Shown in pieces: positions 41,063 to 51,482 of a DNA stretch of 64,000 bases. Both the position numbers and the translations under genes were made by a program. The DNA comes from Candidatus Woesearchaeota archaeon (GTDB lineage: Archaea; Nanobdellota; Nanobdellia; Woesearchaeales; 21-14-0-10-32-9), in contig JAIPET010000004.1 in assembly GCA_021736975.1 (NCBI GenBank), forward strand, positions 2,008 to 66,007, given 5' to 3'. Under the pieces are notes generated by a model. The model was not told the origin of the DNA, made no database searches, and was given only the letters and a program-made list of their open reading frames with translations. Numbering within the stretch: the stretch's first letter is position 1; every line of letters starts with the position of its first letter.

Positions 41063-41799
41063 CACTAACTGAACAACAACAAAAACAAATAGATAAACAA
41101 AAAGAAGCACACCAGCACGAAAATTATAAAATAGATCTAAAAATAACAGAAGACTTTATTTTAAAAGACTTTGAAGTGCATAAAGATATACTAAGACCTG
41201 AAGTTATGACCTCCATAACATTAGCAAGATGGCTTTATTATCACAAATCTCTATATGAAAACAGACCTGTTCTAGATATGGGAAGCGGGACTGGATTACA
41301 AGGAATAATAACTGGATTAAATGGAGCTCAAAGAGTTGATTTTATAGATTCAGAAAAAAACTGTGTGAAAAACACAAAAACAAACGCAAAAAAATATCTT
41401 AAAAATTTAGAATACGAAACAATACAATCAGATTTATTTAGCAATAACGAAATAGAAAAAATAGAAATGCCTGGAAAAGGAAGACACGAAGTATACATAT
41501 TCAACCATCCCTTCTTCTCACAAAAATATATAGGTCCTGTAAATAAAAGCATGGAAAGCAATAGAAATATTGGAAAAGAATTTTTGATGCAATTATATTT
41601 CAAGATAGATGAAGACGACGACATAATCATGCCTTTTTATCATAGAGCATCAATAGAAAATGACCCAGAAACATTAATCGAAAAAGGAAATCTCTATGGA
41701 TTCTTTGAAATACAAACAAAAGAAACAGTAAATATACTTTCAGGACTCCAACAAGGAAAACAATCAATCTACCACATCAAAAAAATAAGCGAACAATAA
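41059..41799 (+). CDS. Class I SAM-dependent methyltransferase (HemK/MTS-like)
   Basis: VLDMGSGTGLQGI, SDLF, FNHPF (NPPF-like). Confidence 0.85.
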   Translation: MTLTEQQQKQIDKQKEAHQHENYKIDLKITEDFILKDFEVHKDILRPEVMTSITLARWLYYHKSLYENRPVLDMGSGTGLQGIITGLNGAQRVDFIDSEKNCVKNTKTNAKKYLKNLEYETIQSDLFSNNEIEKIEMPGKGRHEVYIFNHPFFSQKYIGPVNKSMESNRNIGKEFLMQLYFKIDEDDDIIMPFYHRASIENDPETLIEKGNLYGFFEIQTKETVNILSGLQQGKQSIYHIKKISEQ

Positions 41800-41800
41800 A

Positions 41801-42382
41801 ATGAAACTTCAAGACACAATAACAGACCCATTCGCAGAAAAATTAGCCGCAAAATTAATAGGGGACAAATACTACGATTTTCTTGGAGAAATAAGATTAA
41901 ATCAAGATACAAAAAATATAATAATTGACAAACAATTATTTAAAAAAAATAAAAAAGAATTTTTTCAAAAATATAATTATGACTATCTAACAAAAGAAGA
42001 TGGATTATACGTAGTTAACAATTTAGGCTGGACAAATAAAATAGGAATGAAAAGAGCAATAACTAAACACAGAAAAGTTTTCAAGAAAAGCATCCCTTAT
42101 TATACACTAATAATAAAGCCAGAAGATATAGAATATATTGGAACAAGACAAATTAATTTAGGCTTCTACAATTTTAATAACATGACATTGGTAACTTCTC
42201 CTGTAACAAAAAACTTCAACACCTATTTATTTCACGCATTTTTTGATAATAAATCAGGAGACCCTGTTTACAAAATGCATAGCGGCATATACCTGCAAAG
42301 AGACGCAGGAACTAAACGTTTAGAATACAAGACGCTAACAGATCTAACTCAAATAAAATTATTGGCGAAATTATATTGGTGA
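41801..42382 (+). CDS. Hypothetical protein
   Basis: 193-aa ORF, 1 bp after the methyltransferase. Confidence 0.6.
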   Translation: MKLQDTITDPFAEKLAAKLIGDKYYDFLGEIRLNQDTKNIIIDKQLFKKNKKEFFQKYNYDYLTKEDGLYVVNNLGWTNKIGMKRAITKHRKVFKKSIPYYTLIIKPEDIEYIGTRQINLGFYNFNNMTLVTSPVTKNFNTYLFHAFFDNKSGDPVYKMHSGIYLQRDAGTKRLEYKTLTDLTQIKLLAKLYW

Positions 42383-42580
42383 AATTAGAATGAATGAATC
42401 AGAGTTTAGACAAAAAACCTGTTAATACCTGAATGAGGCAAACATCATAATTATTCTGGATACAAGATATTTAAAGTTGAGAAAAAATAAAATTTTATTA
42501 ATAATTAATTTCTATATTATAAATAAATAACCATTTAAAGCAAAACGTTTAAATACTGAAAGAACAAAATTCTATATAAA

Positions 42581-44260
42581 ATGGTGAGAAAAGGACAAAC
42601 TGGCTCAAATGCAGGCATCACAATAATAGTAGTTGTTGTATTAATGATTTTATACTTATTATTTTTACCTCCTGGAGACCGACAAACAATTCTAGAAGGA
42701 GGAGTTCCAACAGGAATGCATAATACAAACGGAAACGATGACGGAACATACACGAGTTCAGGCACATTACAAAAATATTTACTAAGAGAAAACGTAGGAA
42801 ACGTATATGAACAAGATAAAGATGAAATAACAATAAACCTTCTAACAGCAAACATAGGAACAAACACACAAGCACAAATAATAAAACAAAAAAATGTAGT
42901 ATATATAAAAAATTCAGCGTTTCAAGACATAAAAGATTCGATGACATTTGAACTAGACTCCGACTTAGCAGAAAACCTAATACTAAGTTTTAATTCAGAA
43001 AAAGGAGAAGGAACACTCCAAGTAGCAATAAATGGAGAAACAATATACAGAGGAGAACTAAAAAACAAAAATTCACCACCAATATATATAGAAAAAGAAC
43101 AACTCAAAGGAATAAATGAAATAACATTTGAAGTAGACAACCCAGGAATAATATTTTGGAGATATAACGAATACTTACTATCAGATGTAAAAATAATAGC
43201 GGATGTAACAGACGTAACAAACTCAAAAAATGAACAAACATTCAGCATAAAAGAAGCAGACTACGAACAAATAGACACTGCGAGACTCAAATACATACCT
43301 GTATGTAAAGAATACGAAATACAAAATATGGAAATAATCCTAAACAATCAAAGAATATTCAAAGGAATACCAGATTGTAATGCACATAATTTCATCGCAA
43401 TAAGCAAAACACAAGTAAAATCAGGAATAAACGAATTAGAATTCAATGTAGAAAAAGGAACTTTGCTAGCAGATAGACCTGAACTACAACTAAAATTCAG
43501 CGAACCAGAATACCCAATATATTACTTTGAATTAAATGATAAATACTTTGATACACAAACTAAAGAAAAACAATGTGGCGACATAGACGGACAATGCCCA
43601 TCAGGATGCACAGAAGATGAAGATAAAGACTGTTGTTTCAAAAGATCCTCAAATTATTGGTGCGACACAGATACAAATAATTTTAACGATAGATGCATAA
43701 GTTTTGTAGCAGACTGCGATCGATGCGAAGCAGGATATGAAGACAGATCAGGAGATGCACCAGACAGATGCGTAGACGAATACGAAGACACAGGATACTG
43801 TGGAGATGATGATGATGACTATTGCCCAACAGGATGTTCAAAATACTACGATAAAGACTGTTGCTTTGAAGATGGACCAAATTACTGGTGCGAAGACGTA
43901 CCAAGACAAGGACTAGAATCAGTATGCGAAGCAGAAATAGATGCAAACGAATGCGATGACTGCATATACGGATATAAAGACGAAGACGGCGATAAACCAA
44001 GTTGTAATTTAAACACAATAACAGACGAAGACGAACAATTAAGCGAAATGTACGACATAAAATACGAAATGACATTTCCAAATAATGATAAAAAAGAACT
44101 AAACATATGGATAAATGGGAAAAAATTTGGAATAAATACATTAGAAGAAAAATATGACAGATTAATAGATGAATACGTAAAATCAGGATCAAACTCAATA
44201 GAAATAAGACCTGAAAAAGACGCAACAATAACAGAACTAGTAGTGAAACTACTAAGATAA
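42581..44260 (+). CDS. Class III signal peptide surface protein with beta-rich domains and tandem Cys/Asp-rich repeat
   Basis: RKGQ plus hydrophobic ILYLLFLPP; repeated GINE(I/L)xF strands; two 10-Cys units. Confidence 0.75.
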   Translation: MVRKGQTGSNAGITIIVVVVLMILYLLFLPPGDRQTILEGGVPTGMHNTNGNDDGTYTSSGTLQKYLLRENVGNVYEQDKDEITINLLTANIGTNTQAQIIKQKNVVYIKNSAFQDIKDSMTFELDSDLAENLILSFNSEKGEGTLQVAINGETIYRGELKNKNSPPIYIEKEQLKGINEITFEVDNPGIIFWRYNEYLLSDVKIIADVTDVTNSKNEQTFSIKEADYEQIDTARLKYIPVCKEYEIQNMEIILNNQRIFKGIPDCNAHNFIAISKTQVKSGINELEFNVEKGTLLADRPELQLKFSEPEYPIYYFELNDKYFDTQTKEKQCGDIDGQCPSGCTEDEDKDCCFKRSSNYWCDTDTNNFNDRCISFVADCDRCEAGYEDRSGDAPDRCVDEYEDTGYCGDDDDDYCPTGCSKYYDKDCCFEDGPNYWCEDVPRQGLESVCEAEIDANECDDCIYGYKDEDGDKPSCNLNTITDEDEQLSEMYDIKYEMTFPNNDKKELNIWINGKKFGINTLEEKYDRLIDEYVKSGSNSIEIRPEKDATITELVVKLLR

Positions 44261-44368
44261 AAAAAGTTCTAAACTATAAACCAAAAACAAAGCTAAATAA
44301 TAGCATCACAATATTTGCTGCATAAAAAATTTATTAAAAATAAAAATGCCAAAAAGAGCGTATCTTAA

Positions 44369-46153
44369 ATGAACATGAAACTTGGAGAAAAAATTAGCGC
44401 GACAAAAAAAGCAGCATTTGAAACTTATTCAAAAATAAAAGAATATAGAGAAAGAAAAAAAATAGTTTCAAAAATAAAAAAACAAGAAAAAAATAAAAAG
44501 AACGAAATTAAAGAAGAAAACAAAAAACAAAAAAATAACAATAAAATGGTTCAACAAAATAATAACATACCAAATAAAAGAGACAAACACCACATAGACT
44601 CATCACACCTTGGTGGAATAAACGCATTATATATGACAGCAATATTAGTACACATTCTAGATTGGTTATTATTTTCATTTAGAATAAGTCCAGGCACAAT
44701 AGTAAGCAGAGTAGTAGCATACATAGCATTAGCAATAGGAGCGCATTTCGTATTAAGAAATGAAAGCTGGACAGATAGCATAAAAGAATTCTGGCCACTA
44801 GTAATAATACCAACATTCATAATACCCCTTGTGGGAGAATTTGCAAAAATGTTCACATACTCAGCAAGATATGCAGACACAATTGCTGCTTTTGCATTTG
44901 CAATACCAATATGGCTATTATATTTAAACTCAATAACAAGAGATGTTCCTGCAAAAGAACAAACAATATTTATGAAAATTGGAAAAAGATACATACTTAT
45001 TCTTGCAATATTCGCAATAATAAATTTATCAATTGTCACAACAATGAGCATAGCAGAATTTGATGCACTAGGAACCACAGGAATGGATATTGGAATAGCA
45101 ACAAACACTCTTTGGGAATTTATAACAGGAACAGTAGATACTCTAGGCTCGAGCATAAACGAAAGCATAAATAGAGTCTATGAAAACTCGATAGGCGTAT
45201 GGTATAAAGGCCGCGTAGAAGAAGGAAAAGAAAACTCAGGACTATACATAAAAGACTTTAGAACATTTGGAGAAAAAACAAAATATTACAAAGGAGACAC
45301 AATAGAATTAATAGCAGACATAGAAGCAAAACAACTTGAAAAAGAAACACTAATAGACACAAAATGCTACATAGAAGAACTTGGAATAAGTGGATACAAA
45401 CAAAAACAAGAATTACAAGGAACAATAGAAATAGCAGGAAAACCAATCAACTCACTTATAAGATTTGATGATGTTATATCCTCAGAAACAATATTATGTG
45501 TTGTAGACAGTGAATTATTAAAAACAGGAAGATACCAAGCAAAACTAGTAGGAACATTAAATTTCACAACAGAAGGAACAGTACAATACATATTATTATC
45601 AAGAGAAGACATACAAGCACTATCAAAATCACAAAGAGACAATATAAACGGATACTTAAACATACCAATAAAGCCATGGGCAGAATACACACAAGGACCA
45701 TTATCCTTGAAAATGTCTTCAGAAAATCACAAAAACCCAGTATTAGTAAGTAGAGAAAGTCCAACATCTTCAATAAACACAATAGGATTCTTACTCTCAA
45801 CAGAATCAATGAATACAAACTCAAGAAACGGAATAATAAAAAGAATTAAAGAAGTAAGAATAGAAGTTCCGCCAGAATTTGACTTAGACTGTTCAACAGG
45901 AGAATTCTTAGGCCAAACAATAAGACAACAAACAGGATACAAAATATACAAATATAACTACCCATCACAAAAATATTATGATTTGCACGAATTACCACAA
46001 GTATGCCGAGCAACAATAAATTCTGCAAACGTAAACAAATTATTAACAGGACCTATAACACCAACAGAAATATATGTATTCGCATCCGTAGACTACGAAT
46101 ATGAATTTATAAGAAGATCACAATCATTTAATGTACTAGAGGCAAATTCATGA
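44369..46153 (+). CDS. Polytopic membrane protein with C-terminal Ig-like extracellular region
   Basis: Basic N-terminus, about five TM helices, then GLYIKDF...GPLSL...ASVDYEYE echoing the downstream paralogs. Confidence 0.7.
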   Translation: MNMKLGEKISATKKAAFETYSKIKEYRERKKIVSKIKKQEKNKKNEIKEENKKQKNNNKMVQQNNNIPNKRDKHHIDSSHLGGINALYMTAILVHILDWLLFSFRISPGTIVSRVVAYIALAIGAHFVLRNESWTDSIKEFWPLVIIPTFIIPLVGEFAKMFTYSARYADTIAAFAFAIPIWLLYLNSITRDVPAKEQTIFMKIGKRYILILAIFAIINLSIVTTMSIAEFDALGTTGMDIGIATNTLWEFITGTVDTLGSSINESINRVYENSIGVWYKGRVEEGKENSGLYIKDFRTFGEKTKYYKGDTIELIADIEAKQLEKETLIDTKCYIEELGISGYKQKQELQGTIEIAGKPINSLIRFDDVISSETILCVVDSELLKTGRYQAKLVGTLNFTTEGTVQYILLSREDIQALSKSQRDNINGYLNIPIKPWAEYTQGPLSLKMSSENHKNPVLVSRESPTSSINTIGFLLSTESMNTNSRNGIIKRIKEVRIEVPPEFDLDCSTGEFLGQTIRQQTGYKIYKYNYPSQKYYDLHELPQVCRATINSANVNKLLTGPITPTEIYVFASVDYEYEFIRRSQSFNVLEANS

Positions 46154-47217
46154 AAAAAATAACAATAACAATCTTACTATTAATATTACTCATAGTGAGT
46201 GGCTGCGGAGGAAATGTAAAAGCAAATTTACCAAATCAATATGTAGGCACTGAAGGATTAACAATAAAATATTGGGATAATATGCCACCAAAAGAAGTAT
46301 ATGAAGATCAAGAAATAATACTAGGATACGAAGTAAAAAATAAAGGAGCAACAAGCCTAAACGAAACAGACATATATGGAACAATAACAATAAAACACAA
46401 CGAACCATACTTAGAACCAAAAGAAAAAATACAACAAAAATTCTACCTACACGGAAAATCACTAGATTATCCAATAGGAGAAAGTTTATTCGTAGAAGGA
46501 GCAGCTTATAAAATACAAAGACTCATAGGACAAGACCAAACATTTTTTGCAACAATAACATCATCACTATGCTACCCATATAAAACAACACTAACAGAAA
46601 CAATATGCGTAGACACAGATTTTCAAAACTCAGAATACCAACCAATATGTAAAAATCAAAAAATGTACAACTACAAAAGTGGACAAGGAGCACCAATAGC
46701 CATAACAAAAATGGAAGTAGCAATGCTACCACAATCAATAAAAGAAACAGATCTAGGAACATTTAATGTAATAAACGAAATAGCATTTGGAAATACAAAT
46801 CCAACAACAGAAATCATAAAAGGAAATAACTTTGCAATACGACCACAAATAAAACTAACAATAGAAAATAAACAAAAAGGATTTCCTTTAATAGATACTC
46901 AAAGCATAACAAACTTACTAAAAACATTCGGTGGACAAGCCTGCGAAAATGAAGAAACACAAGGATTAAATCAAGTATATGTAAAAGCAAAATTAGGAAA
47001 TTATGAATTAAAATGTCTACCTGAACTATTACACCTAGGAAAAAACAAAGAATTAACATGCACACTAAAACCAGAAGATATAACATACATAAACCAAAAT
47101 TACTTAATACCTCTAACAGTAGAAATATATTATAATTATCAACAAACATTCAAAAAAGCAATACAAATAAACAGATTACCAGAAGTCGTAAGAACAGACC
47201 CCTACCAACTACCATAA
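46150..47217 (+). CDS. Surface lipoprotein, paralog 1
   Basis: LIVSGC; YVGTEGL..PP; CYPYKT..ICVD..C..GQGAPIAIT. Confidence 0.78.
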   Translation: MKKITITILLLILLIVSGCGGNVKANLPNQYVGTEGLTIKYWDNMPPKEVYEDQEIILGYEVKNKGATSLNETDIYGTITIKHNEPYLEPKEKIQQKFYLHGKSLDYPIGESLFVEGAAYKIQRLIGQDQTFFATITSSLCYPYKTTLTETICVDTDFQNSEYQPICKNQKMYNYKSGQGAPIAITKMEVAMLPQSIKETDLGTFNVINEIAFGNTNPTTEIIKGNNFAIRPQIKLTIENKQKGFPLIDTQSITNLLKTFGGQACENEETQGLNQVYVKAKLGNYELKCLPELLHLGKNKELTCTLKPEDITYINQNYLIPLTVEIYYNYQQTFKKAIQINRLPEVVRTDPYQLP

Positions 47218-47305
47218 AAAACAAAACAAACTATATTCTTAAATAAATTAGGATACAAAAAAAATTATTAAAAATACAAGATTCAAATAATATAATATGA
47301 AACAA

Positions 47306-47400
47306 TTCTTTTTGTATTTTCAAATACCAATATTGACTCCACCAAAAACAAAAAACCAATATTTGCATATATTTTTGCAATACAAAATACAAATAATACA
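47306..47400. repeat. Dispersed palindromic repeat family B, copy 2
   Basis: Matches 4489-4583; AATATTG...CAATATT and TTTTGTATT...AATACAAAA stems. Confidence 0.72.
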
Positions 47401-47484
47401 AATTAACATCAAAGCAACACTGAGAGTTTCATAATATCCCTCAAAACAGTAACATTTAAATACAAAAAAACCTAAATTCCACTT

Positions 47485-48798
47485 ATGAAACCCAATAAAA
47501 CAATAATCATTCTATTAATAATAGCACTAATACTAATAACAGGCTGTGATTTTATAGGAAGCGAAAACAGAGGATGTACTGCTGGAGACGCTTGCAGATA
47601 CTATACAGGCACAGAAGGAATATGGATGTATGAAGAAACACCACCAAGATATTTATACTATAGATCAGAAGATGTGGCAGATCCAGATGGAAACGCAATA
47701 GATATAAGTGTAAGAGTAGAAAATCATGGAGCAAGCGAAGCAAAAGGAGCAGTATTCTTAACAGGATTCGCAGAAGGAATGAGCGACATATTCATAGTAG
47801 AAGATAACGGAAATTTAAGAGAAGTAACAATATCAAACATACTAGACGCATGCTATTTTGATTTAGATACAGTAGGAGGCGCATCAAGCCTAACCAATAT
47901 GTTCGGATTATTTAGTTGCGGTGGATTCACAGGAGGCAATAGACCAGGTGGGTGGAGCATAGGAACAAACTTTAAACAAGTAGCAGAAACATTCGGATGG
48001 AATCTAGGAGGCCTTGAAGCATTAAACTTTGAACTAGGAAGAGATTACGACTCAGGATGGAACTTCAAACTAGGAGTTGACGACGAATACTTCAACTTCA
48101 TGTATAACGGAAGAGCATTAGCATTTTTAGTATCAAACCTAGACTTAGAAAGATGGGGTGGCGCAGGATACAACCTAAATGGAGATAATCAAGACACACC
48201 AGGCGGAGATGTAGACTATAAACAATTCAAAGTAAAAATGGAAGGAACATGGCCAGCAGGACAAGATTTCTTTGACATAAGATATCAACTAAAATCATGC
48301 TACGGATACACAACATACGTAAGTCCAATGCTATGTATAGACTCAGATCCATTCTCATCAGAAGACAAAGTTTGCGTATCAGAACAAATGAACTTTGGAG
48401 GAACACAAGGAGCACCAGTAACTGTAACAAATGTAGACCAAACAAACACAGGAAAAGAACTAATACTCGACTTTGAAATAAGAAATTCCGGAAACGGAAA
48501 AGTATGGGATGTTGGAAGACTAGAAGCATGCAGCCCCTATTTCCCAGGAAGTGTAAAACCATCATATCATGACGTAGTATACATAGGACCTGCAAGAGTA
48601 GGATATAGAGAAATAACATGCAATACAAGAAAAGTAAGACTAGATCCAAAATCAGGAACAGGAAGATTCACATGTAGAGTACCATCAGAAATAGGAGGAG
48701 ACGTTGGAAGCGGAACACAAATACCTCTACAAATGGAACTATGGTACGGATACGAAGAAGTACAAACAAATCAATTAACAGTCAGAAAATTAAGCTGA
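47485..48798 (+). CDS. Surface lipoprotein, paralog 2 (with Gly/aromatic-rich insertion)
   Basis: LITGC; YTGTEGI..PP; CYGYTT..LCID..C..TQGAPVTVT. Confidence 0.78.
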   Translation: MKPNKTIIILLIIALILITGCDFIGSENRGCTAGDACRYYTGTEGIWMYEETPPRYLYYRSEDVADPDGNAIDISVRVENHGASEAKGAVFLTGFAEGMSDIFIVEDNGNLREVTISNILDACYFDLDTVGGASSLTNMFGLFSCGGFTGGNRPGGWSIGTNFKQVAETFGWNLGGLEALNFELGRDYDSGWNFKLGVDDEYFNFMYNGRALAFLVSNLDLERWGGAGYNLNGDNQDTPGGDVDYKQFKVKMEGTWPAGQDFFDIRYQLKSCYGYTTYVSPMLCIDSDPFSSEDKVCVSEQMNFGGTQGAPVTVTNVDQTNTGKELILDFEIRNSGNGKVWDVGRLEACSPYFPGSVKPSYHDVVYIGPARVGYREITCNTRKVRLDPKSGTGRFTCRVPSEIGGDVGSGTQIPLQMELWYGYEEVQTNQLTVRKLS

Positions 48799-48816
48799 AT
48801 TCGGAGGTAAAATAAA

Positions 48817-49767
48817 ATGAAAAAAATAATATTAGTCCTAATGCTTATTGTTATGCTATCATTCTCAGCATGCAATAACAACAATGCAGAAACAGGAGTA
48901 ACAAACACATACATAGGTGGAAGCGAAGGAATAAAAATGGAATTTGCACCAGATGCACCACCAGCAACAACAGCAGATGGAGAACAACAAAACTTTAACA
49001 TCGTAGTTCAATTATCAAACAAAGGAGAATCAGATGTAGAAACAAAAGATGCAAAAGTAACAATAAAAGGATTTTTACCAGAAGCATTTGGAAAAACAAA
49101 AGCAGATCTTGAAATAAACCCTGATGAAAAAATAGAAAAAAGAATAAGAACACCAGACGGCACAATAATAGAACCACCATACATAGAAGCAATAGTAGAA
49201 GACCTAGAATATCAAAATAAAGAACCAGGAAACATAAATCTACCAATCAGAGCAGAAATATGCTACCTATACGAAACAAACGTTGCAACAAAACTATGCA
49301 TAAAAGAAGATATGCTAAAACAAGAAGATGACGACATATGTGAAATAAACTCAAACAGAGACGTATCAAGCAGCGGAGCACCAGTACAAATATCAAAAGT
49401 AAGTCAAACAGGAGCAGGAAGAGACAAAACAAGATTTACATTCACAATAGCGAATGTAGATACAGGAAAAGTATACAAAGAAAACACAGATTGCTCACCA
49501 AGCACAACTAATGAAAACAAAGTATATGCAGAAATACTAGGATTAGAAGGCTCAGAAGTAAAATGTACAGGACTACAAGGCGGAACTAAAGAAGAAAACG
49601 GATATGTAACACTATCAGGCGGAACACCAAGAGACGTAACATGTACAGCAACATTCGCAGAAGACCAAAGAACAGATAGACTACAAACATTCCAAATAAG
49701 ACTAAGCTATAATTACAACGAATTCATCGAACAACCAATAGAAATAGTCTACACACCAGAAGAATAA
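48817..49767 (+). CDS. Surface lipoprotein, paralog 3
   Basis: SFSAC; YIGGSEGI..APP; CYLYET..LCIK..C..SSGAPVQIS; GGAGGT SD. Confidence 0.78.
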   Translation: MKKIILVLMLIVMLSFSACNNNNAETGVTNTYIGGSEGIKMEFAPDAPPATTADGEQQNFNIVVQLSNKGESDVETKDAKVTIKGFLPEAFGKTKADLEINPDEKIEKRIRTPDGTIIEPPYIEAIVEDLEYQNKEPGNINLPIRAEICYLYETNVATKLCIKEDMLKQEDDDICEINSNRDVSSSGAPVQISKVSQTGAGRDKTRFTFTIANVDTGKVYKENTDCSPSTTNENKVYAEILGLEGSEVKCTGLQGGTKEENGYVTLSGGTPRDVTCTATFAEDQRTDRLQTFQIRLSYNYNEFIEQPIEIVYTPEE

Positions 49768-49805
49768 ATATTCTTCAATTTTTTCTTTTTTTATTAAATA
49801 AAAAC

Positions 49806-50303
49806 ATGTTCTTAAATAAATTGATTAAAATACGCGAATATAAAAAAGGAGAGTATGAAGAATTCATTTTACCTCTTTGCAAAAAACACATGAAACCCTA
49901 CTTTGATAAACACTTTGGAGGCTGGAATGATAACGCAAATAAAAAACAATTCTTTAATATTCTAAAAAAGGGATATGTTTATTTATTTGAAATAGAAACC
50001 AAACAAACAAACAAAAATATTCTAATCGGATATGCAACATTCATAGAAGAAAAAAATGAAGAAAACAAAAATAAATACACATTAAATGACATACACGTAA
50101 AAGAAGAATTTCAAAAACAAGGATATGGTTCAAAAATGCTTTTATTTGTCGAAAATAAAATAAAAGAATTAAAAGGTACAAAACTAAAAATATTAGTATT
50201 TAAAGACAATAAATCAATAGAATTTTATAAAAAACATAATTACAAAAAAATAAATTTTATAGAAAAAAATGATACAATTGTTTTAGAAAAAGAATTAATA
50301 TAA
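49806..50303 (+). CDS. GNAT-family N-acetyltransferase
   Basis: IHVKEEFQKQGYGSKML, N..SIEFYKKHNY. Confidence 0.88.
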   Translation: MFLNKLIKIREYKKGEYEEFILPLCKKHMKPYFDKHFGGWNDNANKKQFFNILKKGYVYLFEIETKQTNKNILIGYATFIEEKNEENKNKYTLNDIHVKEEFQKQGYGSKMLLFVENKIKELKGTKLKILVFKDNKSIEFYKKHNYKKINFIEKNDTIVLEKELI

Positions 50304-50334
50304 AAATATAAATCATGTTAAAAATCAAAGAAAA

Positions 50335-51315
50335 TTAATTTTTAGAATTTAATAAAATAAAGTTTGCTAAAAGAGCTTCTAATTGTATAAATTCATCAGA
50401 TCCTTCAATCATTCTAAATTCTGCCTCGCCACAATGCTTAATCATTTCAAGCTTGATTTGATTATCAGAATCTATACCCCATGCTTCTTGCTGAATTTGT
50501 TTAATAATATCAATACCAGAAAGCCCTTGTTTTAACATAGTGTCTAAAAGTTTCTTTTTAGCATCTTCAAAATTACCTTTAACACAATATTCTAAAACAT
50601 CCCTAATCTCTTTAGGTTCAGCAAAACTAGCAACATCATAAATAAGCTTTTGAGTAATATTAGTTTGAATAGCTGCACTTGATTGCATTAAATTTTCAAG
50701 TCTTCTAACATCTCCACCAGAAACATAAAATAAAGCTTCTTTACCCTCATCATCAATTGTTAAATTTTCAGCTTTAGCGACAGTATCAACAATTTCAAAA
50801 ATTTCATCCTTACTTAAAGGCTTAAACTTAAATACAGTACACCTAGATTGAATTGGATCAATAATTTTAGAAGAATAATTACAACTTAAAATAAAACGAG
50901 TTGTTTGAGTATAATTCTCCATAGTTCTTCTAAGAGCCTGCTGAGCTTCTTTTGTAAGAGCATCACTTTCATCTAAATAAATTATTTTAAAAGGAACATT
51001 CCCAATACTTCTCGTTCTAGCAAAATCTTTAACTTTCTGACGAACAACATCAATACCACGCTCATCACTAGCATTTAATTCTAAGAAGTTTTCTCTCCAA
51101 TTTTCGCCAAACATTTGTCTGACAATAACTAAAGAAAGAGTAGTTTTACCAACTCCCGCAGGACCAGAAAATAAAAGATGAGGCATATTATTAGTTTTAA
51201 CAAACGCTTTAACCCTTGAAACAATTTCTTTTTGACCTTTAACTTCTTCAAAAGTCTTAGGTCTAAATTTCTCTGTCCAAATCGCGCTAATCCCTGAATT
51301 ATCTTGTCCCATCAT
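50335..51315 (-). CDS. rfcS: Replication factor C small subunit
   Basis: WTEKFRP, GPAGVGKT, ELNASDERG, LDESD, AQQALRRTME, IQSRC; no intein. Confidence 0.97.
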   Translation of the reverse strand: MMGQDNSGISAIWTEKFRPKTFEEVKGQKEIVSRVKAFVKTNNMPHLLFSGPAGVGKTTLSLVIVRQMFGENWRENFLELNASDERGIDVVRQKVKDFARTRSIGNVPFKIIYLDESDALTKEAQQALRRTMENYTQTTRFILSCNYSSKIIDPIQSRCTVFKFKPLSKDEIFEIVDTVAKAENLTIDDEGKEALFYVSGGDVRRLENLMQSSAAIQTNITQKLIYDVASFAEPKEIRDVLEYCVKGNFEDAKKKLLDTMLKQGLSGIDIIKQIQQEAWGIDSDNQIKLEMIKHCGEAEFRMIEGSDEFIQLEALLANFILLNSKN

Positions 51316-51482
51316 TGTATAAAGAACGAATGAACAAGGTTTTATAATTGTTGTGATAAATAATTATTTACAATATAGCAAATAAATAATAAAAAACTTT
51401 AAATACTTATTTCGTTTTTTTAACAAAAAGTAAACTCAAATTTTTGTAAAAAACTACAAAAAACGCGCTTACAGGCCTGAAA

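Noticed and set aside
46150-49767. Diversity-generating retroelement or DNA-level cassette switching among the paralogous lipoproteins
   Set aside because: Similarity is protein-level only; no near-identical TR/VR pair and no reverse transcriptase in the window.
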